Source: Bacteroidales bacterium
GTDB lineage: Bacteria > Bacteroidota > Bacteroidia > Bacteroidales > WCHB1-69
NCBI GenBank assembly: GCA_045130235.1
Contig: JBGUPJ010000025.1
Span: forward strand, 16,873-80,872
Direction of reading: 5' to 3'
Length of the DNA: 64,000 nucleotides
Part shown: positions 21,097-30,744 of the stretch, in pieces
How positions within the stretch are numbered: the first letter of the stretch is position 1
How the letters are laid out: each line of letters opens with the position of its first letter
The notes under the pieces: model-generated
What the model was told of the DNA's origin: nothing
Databases searched by the model: none
Seen by the model: only the letters and a program-made list of their open reading frames with translations
Position numbers and translations under genes: made by a program

Positions 21097-21546
21097 ATGA
21101 GAGTGGTAGTACAGCGTTGCAGTCGTGCAGAGGTGCGCATCGATGGTCAAGTGGTTGGAAAAATCGGCCGCGGATTCATGCTGCTGGTGGGTTTCTGCCA
21201 TGAAGATACGCCCGCTGAAGTGGAGTTCTTGGCTAAGAAAGTCGCTGGGATGCGGGTGTTTGAAGACGGGGAGGGGAAAATGAATCTCTCTTTGGCGGAT
21301 GTGTCGGGTGAAATTCTGAGCATCTCACAGTTCACGCTGTACGGCGATGCGCGCAAGGGCAACCGTCCCAGTTTCATCCATGCCGCCCGGCCCGATGTCG
21401 CCGAACCGCTGTACGACCTTTTCAACAAAATCCTTCGCGAACAGTACGGACTGCATGTGGAAACCGGTAGCTTCGGCGCCGACATGAAGGTAGATTTTGT
21501 CAACGACGGTCCCGTCACCATTCTTCTGGAATGGCCGGAAAAGTAG
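21097..21546 (+). CDS. dtd: D-aminoacyl-tRNA deacylase
   Basis: [33 protein letters not shown]... and SQFTLYGD...GNRPSF. Confidence 0.93.
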   Translation: MRVVVQRCSRAEVRIDGQVVGKIGRGFMLLVGFCHEDTPAEVEFLAKKVAGMRVFEDGEGKMNLSLADVSGEILSISQFTLYGDARKGNRPSFIHAARPDVAEPLYDLFNKILREQYGLHVETGSFGADMKVDFVNDGPVTILLEWPEK

Positions 21547-21556
21547 GGAAGGGGAC

Positions 21557-21585
21557 AAAAAAAGAGGATGCTTTCGGCATCCTCT
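21557..21585 (-). terminator. rho-independent terminator of lpxD (also closes dtd)
   Basis: AGAGGATGC (21563-21571) / GCATCCTCT (21577-21585). On the minus strand it is followed by T7. Confidence 0.7.
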
Positions 21586-21590
21586 CACAA

Positions 21591-22574
21591 CTATTTCGGT
21601 AATTGATTTTTCAGTTCCGCCAACTCCTTTTTGAGTTGGTAAATCTCGTCGGCCATTTCCGGCAATTGTCGTGTACAGGCCATCTCGCGCCACTTGCGGC
21701 GGGCGTCGATGGCGGGGGTGCCGAAAAGAACCGTGCCCTCTTCCGTCACATTTTTGTCGATGGCTGAAAGGGCAAGCAAGGTAGTGCGTTTTGCGACAGT
21801 CAAATCTTTGTTAATCACCGACTTGGCCCATATTACGCACTCGTCTTCGATGCGCGAGCAGCCGGCGACTGCCGAGTGGGAGCCGAAGAGACAGCGATGC
21901 CCGATGTAGGTGTCGTGGCCTACCTGCACGAAATTGTCGAACTTGCAGCCGTTGCCGACGAAGGTGTCGCCCGACACGCCGCGGTCGATACAGACGCAGC
22001 AGCCAATCTCCACATCGTTGCCGATGACGGTCTTGCCGCAGGAGTCGAATTTCACCCAGCCGTCAGGACGTTTTTGGAAGTAGCAGGCGTCGGCGCCGAT
22101 CACGCTGCCCGAGTGAATCACCACGTTGTCGCCAATCACCGTGTCGGCATAGATGCTCACATTCGAGTGGATGATGCAGTTCTTGCCGATAGTGACATTC
22201 TCGCCGATGAAGGTGCAGGGCTGCACTACCGTGCCTTCGCCAATCTGCGCCGACGGGTGGATGGCCTCCTGCTGGGGAGTGAAATGGATATATTTCCGCA
22301 CCACCGTCAGGTAGCTCATCAGCGGGTCTTTGACGAGAATCAGGGTCTTGCCTTCCGGACAGTCGTAATCCTTATCAATCAGGATGACAGAAGCTTTGCT
22401 GCGCAACATCCGGTCGTAGTACTTCTCGTTGTCCACGAACGAAAGGTCGCCCTCTTCTACAGAGTGAAGCTCGTTAATGCCGCACACGCGGTTGTCTGTC
22501 TTCCCCTTGACGGTGGCTTCCGTTTGCAGGATGTCCAATAGCTCGTCAATAGAGATGGGATACGCTAATTTCAT
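21591..22574 (-). CDS. lpxD: UDP-3-O-acylglucosamine N-acyltransferase
   Basis: N-terminal LpxD domain plus left-handed beta-helix hexapeptide repeats ([38 protein letters not shown]). Confidence 0.88.
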   Translation of the reverse strand: MKLAYPISIDELLDILQTEATVKGKTDNRVCGINELHSVEEGDLSFVDNEKYYDRMLRSKASVILIDKDYDCPEGKTLILVKDPLMSYLTVVRKYIHFTPQQEAIHPSAQIGEGTVVQPCTFIGENVTIGKNCIIHSNVSIYADTVIGDNVVIHSGSVIGADACYFQKRPDGWVKFDSCGKTVIGNDVEIGCCVCIDRGVSGDTFVGNGCKFDNFVQVGHDTYIGHRCLFGSHSAVAGCSRIEDECVIWAKSVINKDLTVAKRTTLLALSAIDKNVTEEGTVLFGTPAIDARRKWREMACTRQLPEMADEIYQLKKELAELKNQLPK

Positions 22575-23143
22575 TATTCTTTGACTCGTTCTGAGTATTT
22601 GTTGGTGCGGGTGTCCACCATGATTTTTTCACCAGTTTCAATGAACAGCGGCACAAACACCTCTGCGCCAGTCTCAACGGTGGCTCTCTTCATCGTGTTG
22701 GTGGCGGTATCGCCCTTCACGCCGGGTTCGGTATAGGTGACTTCCAATGCCACGAAAGCGGGCATCTCGCAGGTGAGGGGAGTCTCGGTCTTGGCGTCGA
22801 ACATCATCTCCACGGTCTGGCCTTCCTTCAACAGGTCGGGGTTGCTCACGAGGTCGTGAGGAATGGAGATCTGCTCGTAGGTCTCGGTGTGCATGAAGTT
22901 GTACATGTCGTCACCCTCTTTGTACAAAAATTGGTAGGGACGACGCTCCACGTTGGCCAATTCAATCTTTACACCAGCAGTGAAAGTGTTCTCCAGCACG
23001 CGGCCAGTCTTGAGGTTTTTCAGTTTGGAAGTAACGAAAGCGGGACCTTTTCCGGGTTTAACATGTTGGAACTCAACAATTTTCCAAAGATCACCATTGA
23101 ACTCTATGCATAAGCCGTTCTTGAAATCTGCAGTTGTTGCCAT
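22574..23143 (-). CDS. efp: elongation factor P
   Basis: [48 protein letters not shown]... Confidence 0.96.
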   Translation of the reverse strand: MATTADFKNGLCIEFNGDLWKIVEFQHVKPGKGPAFVTSKLKNLKTGRVLENTFTAGVKIELANVERRPYQFLYKEGDDMYNFMHTETYEQISIPHDLVSNPDLLKEGQTVEMMFDAKTETPLTCEMPAFVALEVTYTEPGVKGDTATNTMKRATVETGAEVFVPLFIETGEKIMVDTRTNKYSERVKE

Positions 23144-23182
23144 AAATATTTTAGTTTAATTGATATTAAAAATTTCCAGCTG

Positions 23183-23190
23183 CAAAAATA
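23183..23190 (-). promoter_or_regulatory. -7 promoter element TATTTTTG for efp-lpxD
   Basis: + strand caaaaata, 40 nt upstream of the efp ATG. Confidence 0.5.
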
Positions 23191-23315
23191 CAATTTTTTG
23201 CCGTATCTGAAAATACTATTAACTTTTGTTAACAATTCGTGCGGGCATAATTATTTTCATTTTTAGTATTAAGCGGCTTTTTTTAGTGAATCCCTCAATA
23301 TTTAGAAAAAAATAG

Positions 23316-23323
23316 TATTTTTG
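23316..23323 (+). promoter_or_regulatory. -7 promoter element TATTTTTG
   Basis: It overlaps the track's TTG start (23321). The real start is taken as ATG 23372. Confidence 0.5.
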
Positions 23324-23371
23324 CTGCCTCAAAATGAAATTAAAATTTTTCTATTAATAAAATTTATAGCT

Positions 23372-24244
23372 ATGAAACGTTTATCATTTCTTTTTGTCAT
23401 CGCCTTGATATGCTCGGTGATGGTGTCATGTAACAAAGAGGGACAGTTCAACCCTAAGAAGAAAATCAGCCAAATCAGTTATGCAAATTCGTATAAGTCG
23501 GAATATTGGGATGAATATTCACTTGAATGGGAAACAGAACAGGGGTCTTCCAATTACGTTGGCCAGCGTTGGAATTGGAATGGCAACTTGCTGGAAAGCA
23601 TTGATTTTTATGAATCAGACGGCACTCTGGATTATACTGAATATTACACGTATGACGGCAAGCAGATTTCTTCCGTTAATTATGGTGGATCAGGGAGATA
23701 TGATTTTGTGTATGAGAAAAATAAGCTGTCTGCTATCGACTATTATGTGGGTTCAACGCATTACTACCACTATGAGCTTACGCATGATGGAAAGAAAATC
23801 TCCAAGATGACGCTTACTGTATTGAATGATTCTAAGGCCGAAATGCCCTCATTCCCGTCCTTCTTGCTGAATATTCCCACCAAGCAGCTCCAAAAGGCAT
23901 CGAAGGGTGTTGAATGTGAGTGGAGATTTGAATGGGATGGAGATAATTTGAAGCACATTACTTATTTGGAGCCAGGTGACAGTTATGATTTGTATTACAC
24001 CTATGACAACAAGTTGAATCCCATGTGTGGGTTGTGGGATATGGAAAGTGGAGGAATTGCAGCCTTCATGTCAAAAAACAATATTGTTCGTGAAGAATAC
24101 CGCTGGGACGGAGAAACTGAAGTTTACAATATTTCATATACTTATCAAGGCAACTATCCTGCTACTGCTACTACTTCATATAACTATAATAGTGATGACT
24201 ACCGTTACACATCTACTACCACCACTTATTTTGATTATAAGTAA
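23372..24244 (+). CDS. hypothetical lipoprotein with YD-like repeats
   Basis: MKRLSFLFVIALICSVMVSC lipobox. Recurrent Y-[TY]-Y-[DEQ]-x-[KN] motifs occur (YYTYDGKQIS, FVYEKNKLS, YYTYDNKLNP, SYTYQGNYP). Confidence 0.55.
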   Translation: MKRLSFLFVIALICSVMVSCNKEGQFNPKKKISQISYANSYKSEYWDEYSLEWETEQGSSNYVGQRWNWNGNLLESIDFYESDGTLDYTEYYTYDGKQISSVNYGGSGRYDFVYEKNKLSAIDYYVGSTHYYHYELTHDGKKISKMTLTVLNDSKAEMPSFPSFLLNIPTKQLQKASKGVECEWRFEWDGDNLKHITYLEPGDSYDLYYTYDNKLNPMCGLWDMESGGIAAFMSKNNIVREEYRWDGETEVYNISYTYQGNYPATATTSYNYNSDDYRYTSTTTTYFDYK

Positions 24245-24267
24245 TCGTTGAACGAAAGCATTGCAAC

Positions 24268-24300
24268 AAAAAAAATCCGCTGTTTCCAGCGGATTTTTTT
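24268..24300. terminator. bidirectional rho-independent terminator
   Basis: A8-AATCCGCTG-TTTC-CAGCGGATT-T7, between convergent genes. Confidence 0.8.
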
Positions 24301-24324
24301 GTTGTAGGAAATTCCGTGAACGGC

Positions 24325-25242
24325 TTATTTGTTCACCTGGAACTTCTTGTCGCCGGTCTGGAAGAAGCTGACAATCTGGCTGGCAGCAGCCTTCGCGGCG
24401 TTGATGTTGGCCTCGGCGGTCTCGGCACCCTGTTTCTTCGGGGTGGCGAAGAAGCGCTTCTCGAAGCCTTCGAACAGACCCATCTCCACGGGGGCGATGT
24501 CGGTGCAGTATTTGATATCCTCACGCTCAGCCATCAGGGCGGCGAGTTCCTCTTCGTTGATGACCTCCTTGCGGGCGGTGTTGATCACGCAGCCGCCTTT
24601 GGGCATACGGCCGACGAGGTTTTTGCCGATCGACTTCTTGGTCTGGTCGTTGGCAGGAATATGGAGGGAGATGTAGTGGCAGTTCTCGTACATCTCTTCG
24701 AGGGTAGCGGGAACATGCACACCTTCGGCTTCCATCTTTTCTTTCGGTACGAAGGGGTCGAAAGCCCAGACTTCCATGCCGAGGGCTTTGGCCTTTTCAG
24801 CCACGAGGCGGCCGACATTACCGTAAGCCTGGATACCGATCTTCTTGCCTTTCAGCTCAGCGCCGGTGCCGGGTTTGAAGGTGTTGCGGGCCATGTAAAT
24901 CATCATGCCGAGAGCGAGTTCGGCCACGGCGTTGGAGTTCTGACCGGGGGTGTTTTCAGCCACGATGTTGTTGGCGGTACAGGCGGCGAGGTCGAGGTTG
25001 TCGAAGCCGGCTCCTGCGCGAACCACAATCTTGAGGTTCTTGGCGGCGTCCACCACCTGGGCGGTCACCTTGTCGGAACGCACGATCAGCGCGTCCACAT
25101 CGGCCACTGCATCGTAAAACTGCTGAACATCAGTATATTTTTCGAGAAGGCACAGCTCATAACCGGCCGCCTCCACGATTTCGCGAATGCCATCAACGGC
25201 CACCTTCGCGAAAGGTTTTTCGGTTGCAACTAATACTTTCAT
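24325..25242 (-). CDS. serA: D-3-phosphoglycerate dehydrogenase (D-2-hydroxyacid dehydrogenase family)
   Basis: NAD-binding GIQAYGNVGRLVA and the catalytic region. It is a neighbour of serC. The track start (25251) is TTG; the ATG is at 25242. Confidence 0.8.
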   Translation of the reverse strand: MKVLVATEKPFAKVAVDGIREIVEAAGYELCLLEKYTDVQQFYDAVADVDALIVRSDKVTAQVVDAAKNLKIVVRAGAGFDNLDLAACTANNIVAENTPGQNSNAVAELALGMMIYMARNTFKPGTGAELKGKKIGIQAYGNVGRLVAEKAKALGMEVWAFDPFVPKEKMEAEGVHVPATLEEMYENCHYISLHIPANDQTKKSIGKNLVGRMPKGGCVINTARKEVINEEELAALMAEREDIKYCTDIAPVEMGLFEGFEKRFFATPKKQGAETAEANINAAKAAASQIVSFFQTGDKKFQVNK

Positions 25243-25252
25243 TTTTTTCAAG

Positions 25253-25280
25253 TTAAAAATTAAAAACTAAAAATTAAAAA
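25253..25280 (+). repeat. heptamer tandem array (T/C)TAAAAA x4
   Basis: ttaaaaa ttaaaaa ctaaaaa ttaaaaa, read directly. It is the inverted counterpart of 25709-25722. Confidence 0.9.
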
Positions 25281-25290
25281 TGCAATGGAA

Positions 25291-25665
25291 TTATCGTTGT
25301 TTGTTGGAACGCTGTTTTTGCTTGATGGTTTTGAGACTTGCCGTGATGAGGGCAATGATTTCTGAAATGTCTTTACTCAAATTTTCTCCTTGATCCTTTG
25401 TGATGAAATCACATTCTTGTAGAAGTCGTATCCAATAATGGGATTCGTTCGCTTCTTTCAGAGAGATATGGAGTTTGGCAATGAAATCATTGTCTGATTG
25501 TGCGCCACAGGCTTCTTCAATATTTGCACCAATAGAAGTCCCGCTTCTAAGAATCTGTTTTGAAAGAACAAATTCTTGCTTTTCTGTACGCAAATATTGG
25601 CAAAGCTTTACTGCACGTACTGCAAATGCAAAACTCTTCTCTTTCAAAATATTCTTTTTCGCCAT
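25291..25665 (-). CDS. four-helix-bundle protein (TIGR02436 / 23S rRNA intervening-sequence protein family)
   Basis: FAFAVRAVKLCQYL...LSKQILRSGTSIGANIEEA...DFIAKLHISLKEANESHYWIRLL is the family signature. Confidence 0.85.
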   Translation of the reverse strand: MAKKNILKEKSFAFAVRAVKLCQYLRTEKQEFVLSKQILRSGTSIGANIEEACGAQSDNDFIAKLHISLKEANESHYWIRLLQECDFITKDQGENLSKDISEIIALITASLKTIKQKQRSNKQR

Positions 25666-25708
25666 GGAAGCTTCACAACAACTCCAACATTTTCAAAGAA
25701 CGAATTGA

Positions 25709-25722
25709 TTTTTAATTTTTAA
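25709..25722 (+). repeat. heptamer array TTTTTAA x2 (reverse complement of TTAAAAA)
   Basis: Read directly; lies between the four-helix-bundle gene start and the serC stop. Confidence 0.85.
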
Positions 25723-25725
25723 TTG

Positions 25726-26841
25726 TTATTTATTATTTTTTTCAAACTTCTGCATGCAATCCACGAGTGCCTCGACGTCTTCGATGGAGCAAGCGTTGTA
25801 GAGGGAGGCGCGGAAGCCGCCGACGCTGCGGTGACCCTTGATGCCAACCATGCCGCATTCCTTGGCGTAGGCCATGAAAGCGTCCTGCTTGTCCTCGTAG
25901 CCGGGAGCCATCACCCAGCAGTGGTTCATGATGGAACGGTCGGCCTTGTCGGCGACGGTGCCCACGAACATGCTGTTGCGGTCGATCTCTTCGTACAGGA
26001 GGTTGGATTTCTTGGTGTTGATCTTGTTCATCTCAGCCACACCACCGATGGTCTCTTTCAACCATTTCAGGGTTTCGTGCATGATGAAGATGGCGCCTAC
26101 CGGAGGAGTGTTGAACATGGAGATGTTCTTGGCCTCTTCAGCAGCGTGGGTTCTGTAGTCCACCATGGTCGGCAGCGGGTTCATATAGGCGCGGTCGCCG
26201 ATGTTGCCGAGGATGGATTTCTTGACGATGACGAAGGTGACACCGGCAGGACCGACGTTCTTCTGAGCACCACCGTAAATCAAACCGTATTTGGTCACGT
26301 CAACGGGACGGCTCATGATGTCGGAGGACATATCAGCAACGAGCATCACGTTGTTGCACTTCTCAGCGGTGAAGTCCTCGCGGATCTCGGTACCGTAGAT
26401 GGTGTTGTTGGTAGTGATGTGGAAGTAGTCGGCGTCAGCGGGAACGGTCCAACCCTTCGGGATGTAGTTGTAGGTCTTGTCTTCGGAGGAAGCGATGATG
26501 TCAACCTTACCGAACAGCTTGGCTTCCTTAGCGGCCTTCTTAGCCCAAACACCAGTCTGGAGGTAAGCGGCTTTGCTGCGCATCAGGTTAGCGGGCACGC
26601 AGAAGAACTGGGTGCTGGCACCGCCACCGAGGAAAAGGATCTCATACTCTTCGGGGATGTTGAGGAGGTCGCGCCAGAGCTGACGGGTTTCAGCCATGAT
26701 GCGTTCCCAACCCGGGGTACGGTGGGAGATTTCCATGATGCCGACACCGGTGTTGTCGAAGTTGCGCATAGCGTTGATCGTTGATTCGATCGCTTCTTTC
26801 GGGAGGACGCAGGGTCCTGCATTGAAATTGTGTACTGTCAT
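25726..26841 (-). CDS. serC: phosphoserine aminotransferase
   Basis: MTVHNFNAGPCVLPKEAIE..., class-V aminotransferase fold, 371 aa. Confidence 0.9.
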   Translation of the reverse strand: MTVHNFNAGPCVLPKEAIESTINAMRNFDNTGVGIMEISHRTPGWERIMAETRQLWRDLLNIPEEYEILFLGGGASTQFFCVPANLMRSKAAYLQTGVWAKKAAKEAKLFGKVDIIASSEDKTYNYIPKGWTVPADADYFHITTNNTIYGTEIREDFTAEKCNNVMLVADMSSDIMSRPVDVTKYGLIYGGAQKNVGPAGVTFVIVKKSILGNIGDRAYMNPLPTMVDYRTHAAEEAKNISMFNTPPVGAIFIMHETLKWLKETIGGVAEMNKINTKKSNLLYEEIDRNSMFVGTVADKADRSIMNHCWVMAPGYEDKQDAFMAYAKECGMVGIKGHRSVGGFRASLYNACSIEDVEALVDCMQKFEKNNK

Positions 26842-26896
26842 AATATCAGTATTTTTAATGGTTTATGATAATTTAGTGTTTGCCTAAAAAACGGTG

Positions 26897-26904
26897 CAAA
26901 GGTA
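26897..26904 (-). promoter_or_regulatory. -7 promoter element TACCTTTG for serC
   Basis: + strand caaaggta, 56 nt upstream of ATG 26841. Confidence 0.4.
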
Positions 26905-27019
26905 CGCCTTTTTTTCGATATGGATAATCATTTATATTAAGATTTTTCAAATATATTTTTAAAGAGATAAAGATACTTCCAAATTGTCATTTTAAAGAAT
27001 AGCAATTTGATTTTTTGAG

Positions 27020-27027
27020 TAATTTTG
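27020..27027 (+). promoter_or_regulatory. -7 promoter element TAATTTTG
   Basis: It lies downstream of the track's TTG start (27015), so the start is moved to ATG 27075. Confidence 0.5.
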
Positions 27028-27074
27028 CAAGTGTAAATTTGCGGTTGGATAAACCGATATTTCCTTTTGTAATT

Positions 27075-28226
27075 ATGCTAATATCAGAAAAATCAATAAA
27101 AACTGATGGTTCAGTTCTCGCTGACATCCGCCACCAGCTGCACCGATTGGCCGAACCCTCCGGCGAGGAGGTGCGCACCCATGCGTTTATTTTGGAACAG
27201 CTGAAAGCCTGTTCGCCTTCGCGGATTCTTACTTTTGAAGATACACAGAGTATTATTGCTGTTTTTGAGGGTGAAGAACCCGGGCGTACACTGCTGTTCC
27301 GAGGCGATTTCGATGCTGTGCGGGTGGAGGAGACTATCGGCGTGCCCTACGCCTCCGAGATGGCGGGGGTAGCCCACAAGTGCGGTCACGACGGCCATGC
27401 CACCATCCTGCTCGGTCTGGCACACAGCTTGCACCAGCGGCCGCCTCAGCGCGGACGGGTGCTGCTGTTCTTCCAGGCCGCCGAGGAGACCGGTCAGGGC
27501 GCAGGCCAGCTGCTCGCCACCCACTGTCTCGACGCGTATCAACCCGACCGTGTGTATGCGCTGCATAATATTCCGGGCGAGAAGTTGGGCACCGTGTTGG
27601 GCAAGCCGGGCAGTTTTACCTGCTCGGTGGTGAGCACCGACATCGTTTTGCAGGGACATAGTGCCCATGCTGCCGAGCCCCTCAAGGCGTTATCGCCCTA
27701 TCCCGCCGCACGAGCCATCGCCGACAAGTTGCTGTCGCTCAATAACTACGATATGCACAGTGACCACTACCGGCTGCTCACGCTGGTGGAGTTCAGGGTA
27801 GGGGAGCAGGCCTACGGGGTGGCCGCCGGCGACGGGGTGCTGCGATTCACCCTGCGCGCCAAGGACGATGCATGGCTGCAACAAACCAAAAAAGAGGTGC
27901 TTCAGATTGTGGACGAAGAGGTGAAAAAAGTACCTGGATTGGTCTCTACGCAGAGCTGGAAAGAGTACTTTGCGGCTTCTGACAACCATCCCGAGGCTAT
28001 GGCCGAAGTGCGGGAGGCGGCTTTGCGCAGTGGTTTGGAATACAAAGAGTTGGAACTCCCATTTTCGTGGGGTGAAGACTTCGGACTTCTCACTCAACAC
28101 TATCCGGGTGCGTTGTTTGGGATCGGCTCCGGCGAATGCCAGCCCTCGCTTCACCACCCCCATTTCGACTTTCCCGATGAGCTTCTTCCCATCGGCGTGC
28201 GCCTTTTCCGCGAGCTGGTGCAATAA
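27075..28226 (+). CDS. M20D-family amidohydrolase (hippurate hydrolase/aminoacylase-like)
   Basis: HKCGHDGHATILLG, FQAAEE and a C-terminal HHPHFDF motif. Confidence 0.8.
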   Translation: MLISEKSIKTDGSVLADIRHQLHRLAEPSGEEVRTHAFILEQLKACSPSRILTFEDTQSIIAVFEGEEPGRTLLFRGDFDAVRVEETIGVPYASEMAGVAHKCGHDGHATILLGLAHSLHQRPPQRGRVLLFFQAAEETGQGAGQLLATHCLDAYQPDRVYALHNIPGEKLGTVLGKPGSFTCSVVSTDIVLQGHSAHAAEPLKALSPYPAARAIADKLLSLNNYDMHSDHYRLLTLVEFRVGEQAYGVAAGDGVLRFTLRAKDDAWLQQTKKEVLQIVDEEVKKVPGLVSTQSWKEYFAASDNHPEAMAEVREAALRSGLEYKELELPFSWGEDFGLLTQHYPGALFGIGSGECQPSLHHPHFDFPDELLPIGVRLFRELVQ

Positions 28227-28295
28227 TTTTGTGTTTTTTTGACTGTAAGGGTTCACATTTCTGTTGTGAAGACGTCATTATTCAAAGAATATGTG

Positions 28296-28303
28296 TATTT
28301 TTG
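28296..28303 (+). promoter_or_regulatory. -7 promoter element TATTTTTG
   Basis: 45 nt upstream of ATG 28348. Confidence 0.5.
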
Positions 28304-28347
28304 CACCTGAATGATAATCCCTTTATAACCCTTTAAATCATATTGTC

Positions 28348-30690
28348 ATGAAAAAGCTGTCTCTTCTTTCTTTACTTATAATTTTGAGTATTAGTGCGTT
28401 CGCACAGACTGTCACCGTTACGTTCACAGGACGCGATATGAATGGACACTGGGTGCAACTCGACCGCGTGGTGATTACGAATCTTACAAAAAACTGGACG
28501 GAAACCATCTACTGGCCCGATACCGTGCTCACCGTTGAGAATAATATCGGCATCAACGATTTCGACCGCAACAATGGTTTTGGTCTGTCGCAAAACACCC
28601 CCAACCCGTTCAATGGCACCACCGATGTGAATCTGACCATGGAGGATGCTGGTGAGGTGGTGTTGGAAATCGCGGATGCGAATGGGCGCGTTGCCGTAGA
28701 GACGCGCCATGGCACGTCTCTACAACCGGGCACCCACCAATTCCGTATCACCCTGGCAACCGCCGGTACCTATGTGCTGACCGCACGGCAAAACGGAAAA
28801 ATCTCTTCCATAAAAATGGTGAATAATGCGGCTGGTAATGCGGATAATATTGATTATAAGGGAAATGTGGGTTTATATCGCCCTATGGGTGTTCAGCCTA
28901 AGTCGGGGGTGCGGGCCAATGTGGCTCGTCCCTTCGAGAGTGGCGACGTGATGGAGTTTAAGGGCTATGTGGTGCTGGGTGATGAAGAGGTGGAAAGTGA
29001 GACGATCAGTAGTGTGAATTTTTCTTCTCAAACTTATGTGTTCCAGTTTATGTTGGATGGACATCCTTGTCCGGGCACACCAACGCTCACCGACATAGAT
29101 GGAAACACGTATGGTACGGTCTGGATGGACGGTCAGTGCTGGATGAGGGAGAACCTTCGCACCACGAAGTATGCTGATGGCAATGCCATTGCGTATGGAA
29201 CCGGAAGCTCTGCCACGGTGGCGCACTGGTATTATCCGAACAACCTTGCGGCCAACAAGACCACGTATGGCTTGTTGTATAACTGGAAGGCGGTGCGGCG
29301 TAATTCGGGCGCTTCAGCGGAAAATCCGAGCGGGGTGCAGGGCATCTGTCCCGATGGCTGGCATGTGCCCAGCGATGCTGAATGGAAACAGATGGAGCGG
29401 TATTTGGGTATGAATCAGTATGATGCTGAGCATACAGGATTCAGGGGCGATATTGCCGCCCTGCTGTGTGGGAATACGGGGTGGCAGTCGTCGGCTATAG
29501 CCAATGCGGCGGGGAATACCGCTGCCGAAGGACGCAACGCATCGGGCTTCAGCGCATTGCCGGCGGGGTGCTACAACGATGACTTTAGTGATTTCGACTC
29601 CGTAGCCTATTTCTGGACTGTGACGGGCAACGGGGAGTGCTGCGCCTTTAAACGGTCACTCGAATACGACAATGCAGGCGTGTACCGCGGCAATGGCGAC
29701 AAATCAGATGGCTATTCCGTGCGGTGCGTTCGTGGGGAAGGGGGGAGCTTGGCCAATCTTCCCATCGTCAATACCTACTATGCCACGCCTGCTACCACTT
29801 CGGCGTCGTTGAGCGGCGAGGTGACGTATGATGGCGGTTTATCGGTGACCGCCAGGGGTTTCTGCTGGAGTCTTTCGCACAATCCCACTTTGAATGACAA
29901 TCATACCACCGAGGGTAGCGGGCTGGGAAATTTCACCAGTATCGCGCATGGACTTTCGGCGAATACCACCTATTATGTTCGTGCCTATGCCACCAACAGC
30001 GAGGGTACGTCCTACGGCAACGAGGTGGACTTCACCACATTGAGTGATAGCGTGATAATGGATGATGAGTATAGCTTCTTTCTGCAAAATACGGTGTTTC
30101 TCCACGATGCCGGATGCTCGACGCCATGTGTCAGTTCCAGTATCGATATCTTCCATTTTCCACCGGCTGCATACATCTCCTCGGCAGCCGATGTCCTGGA
30201 GGTGAGACTGAACCTTGAACATTCCAGTATCGGGGACCTCAATATCATACTGACTTGTCCTAATGGTCACTCGGTGCTGTTGATGCCAGACCATTGCGGT
30301 AATTTGGGCGGCAGCAATATGGCTCACTTTGGAGTGAATTCCACGGTTGATGGCGACTATTGTGATCCCACCAGTAACATGCCAGGGACGGGATGGACAT
30401 ATTGTTGGAGCGAGAATTCCGATTATGCGCAGCTTTCAGGGGCTTGTTACTTGAACGACAATATCGGGCATGATGCTGATCAAACGGTGGATGCTTCCCA
30501 TGTGGCGCAAAGTTATCCGGGGTATGACGACTTCGTGCCCGGACAGCAGTACTATACTCCCTACCAGTCGTTCAATAATTTGCTGGGCTGCCCGCTCAAC
30601 GGACGCTGGACGATTCAGGTGTGCGACACTTGGTCGGGCGACAATGGCTTTTTGTTCGGGTGGGGGATGGTGTTCAATCCCGAGCCATAA
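28348..30690 (+). CDS. secreted multidomain protein: internal T9SS-CTD-like Ig domain, FISH (Fibrobacter succinogenes major paralogous, TIGR02145) domain, FN3-like domain, C-terminal proprotein-convertase P-domain
   Basis: Signal peptide. QNTPNPFNGTTDVNL...LEIADANGRV...GTYVLTARQNGKISSIKMV is CTD-like. DIDGNTYGTVWMDGQCWMRENL...GLLYNWKAV...CPDGWHVPSDAEW...GFSALPAG...YSVRCVRG is the FISH domain. SSIGDLNIILTCPNGHSVLLM is the P-domain. Confidence 0.75.
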   Translation: MKKLSLLSLLIILSISAFAQTVTVTFTGRDMNGHWVQLDRVVITNLTKNWTETIYWPDTVLTVENNIGINDFDRNNGFGLSQNTPNPFNGTTDVNLTMEDAGEVVLEIADANGRVAVETRHGTSLQPGTHQFRITLATAGTYVLTARQNGKISSIKMVNNAAGNADNIDYKGNVGLYRPMGVQPKSGVRANVARPFESGDVMEFKGYVVLGDEEVESETISSVNFSSQTYVFQFMLDGHPCPGTPTLTDIDGNTYGTVWMDGQCWMRENLRTTKYADGNAIAYGTGSSATVAHWYYPNNLAANKTTYGLLYNWKAVRRNSGASAENPSGVQGICPDGWHVPSDAEWKQMERYLGMNQYDAEHTGFRGDIAALLCGNTGWQSSAIANAAGNTAAEGRNASGFSALPAGCYNDDFSDFDSVAYFWTVTGNGECCAFKRSLEYDNAGVYRGNGDKSDGYSVRCVRGEGGSLANLPIVNTYYATPATTSASLSGEVTYDGGLSVTARGFCWSLSHNPTLNDNHTTEGSGLGNFTSIAHGLSANTTYYVRAYATNSEGTSYGNEVDFTTLSDSVIMDDEYSFFLQNTVFLHDAGCSTPCVSSSIDIFHFPPAAYISSAADVLEVRLNLEHSSIGDLNIILTCPNGHSVLLMPDHCGNLGGSNMAHFGVNSTVDGDYCDPTSNMPGTGWTYCWSENSDYAQLSGACYLNDNIGHDADQTVDASHVAQSYPGYDDFVPGQQYYTPYQSFNNLLGCPLNGRWTIQVCDTWSGDNGFLFGWGMVFNPEP

Positions 30691-30736
30691 CCGCAAAAAC
30701 CTTTCAGTTTTCCGTTTCCATTTTTCAAATTATTTG

Positions 30737-30744
30737 TATTTTTG
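30737..30744 (+). promoter_or_regulatory. -7 promoter element TATTTTTG
   Basis: 59 nt upstream of ATG 30803. The track start at 30767 is GTG. Confidence 0.45.

Noticed and set aside
24316-25233. 305-aa + strand ORF
   Set aside because: It is the antisense shadow of serA. The protein is G/V/A/H/E/L-rich with no motifs, while the minus strand has a clear NAD-dependent dehydrogenase.
25723-26784. 353-aa + strand ORF
   Set aside because: It is the antisense shadow of serC, with the same composition artefact.
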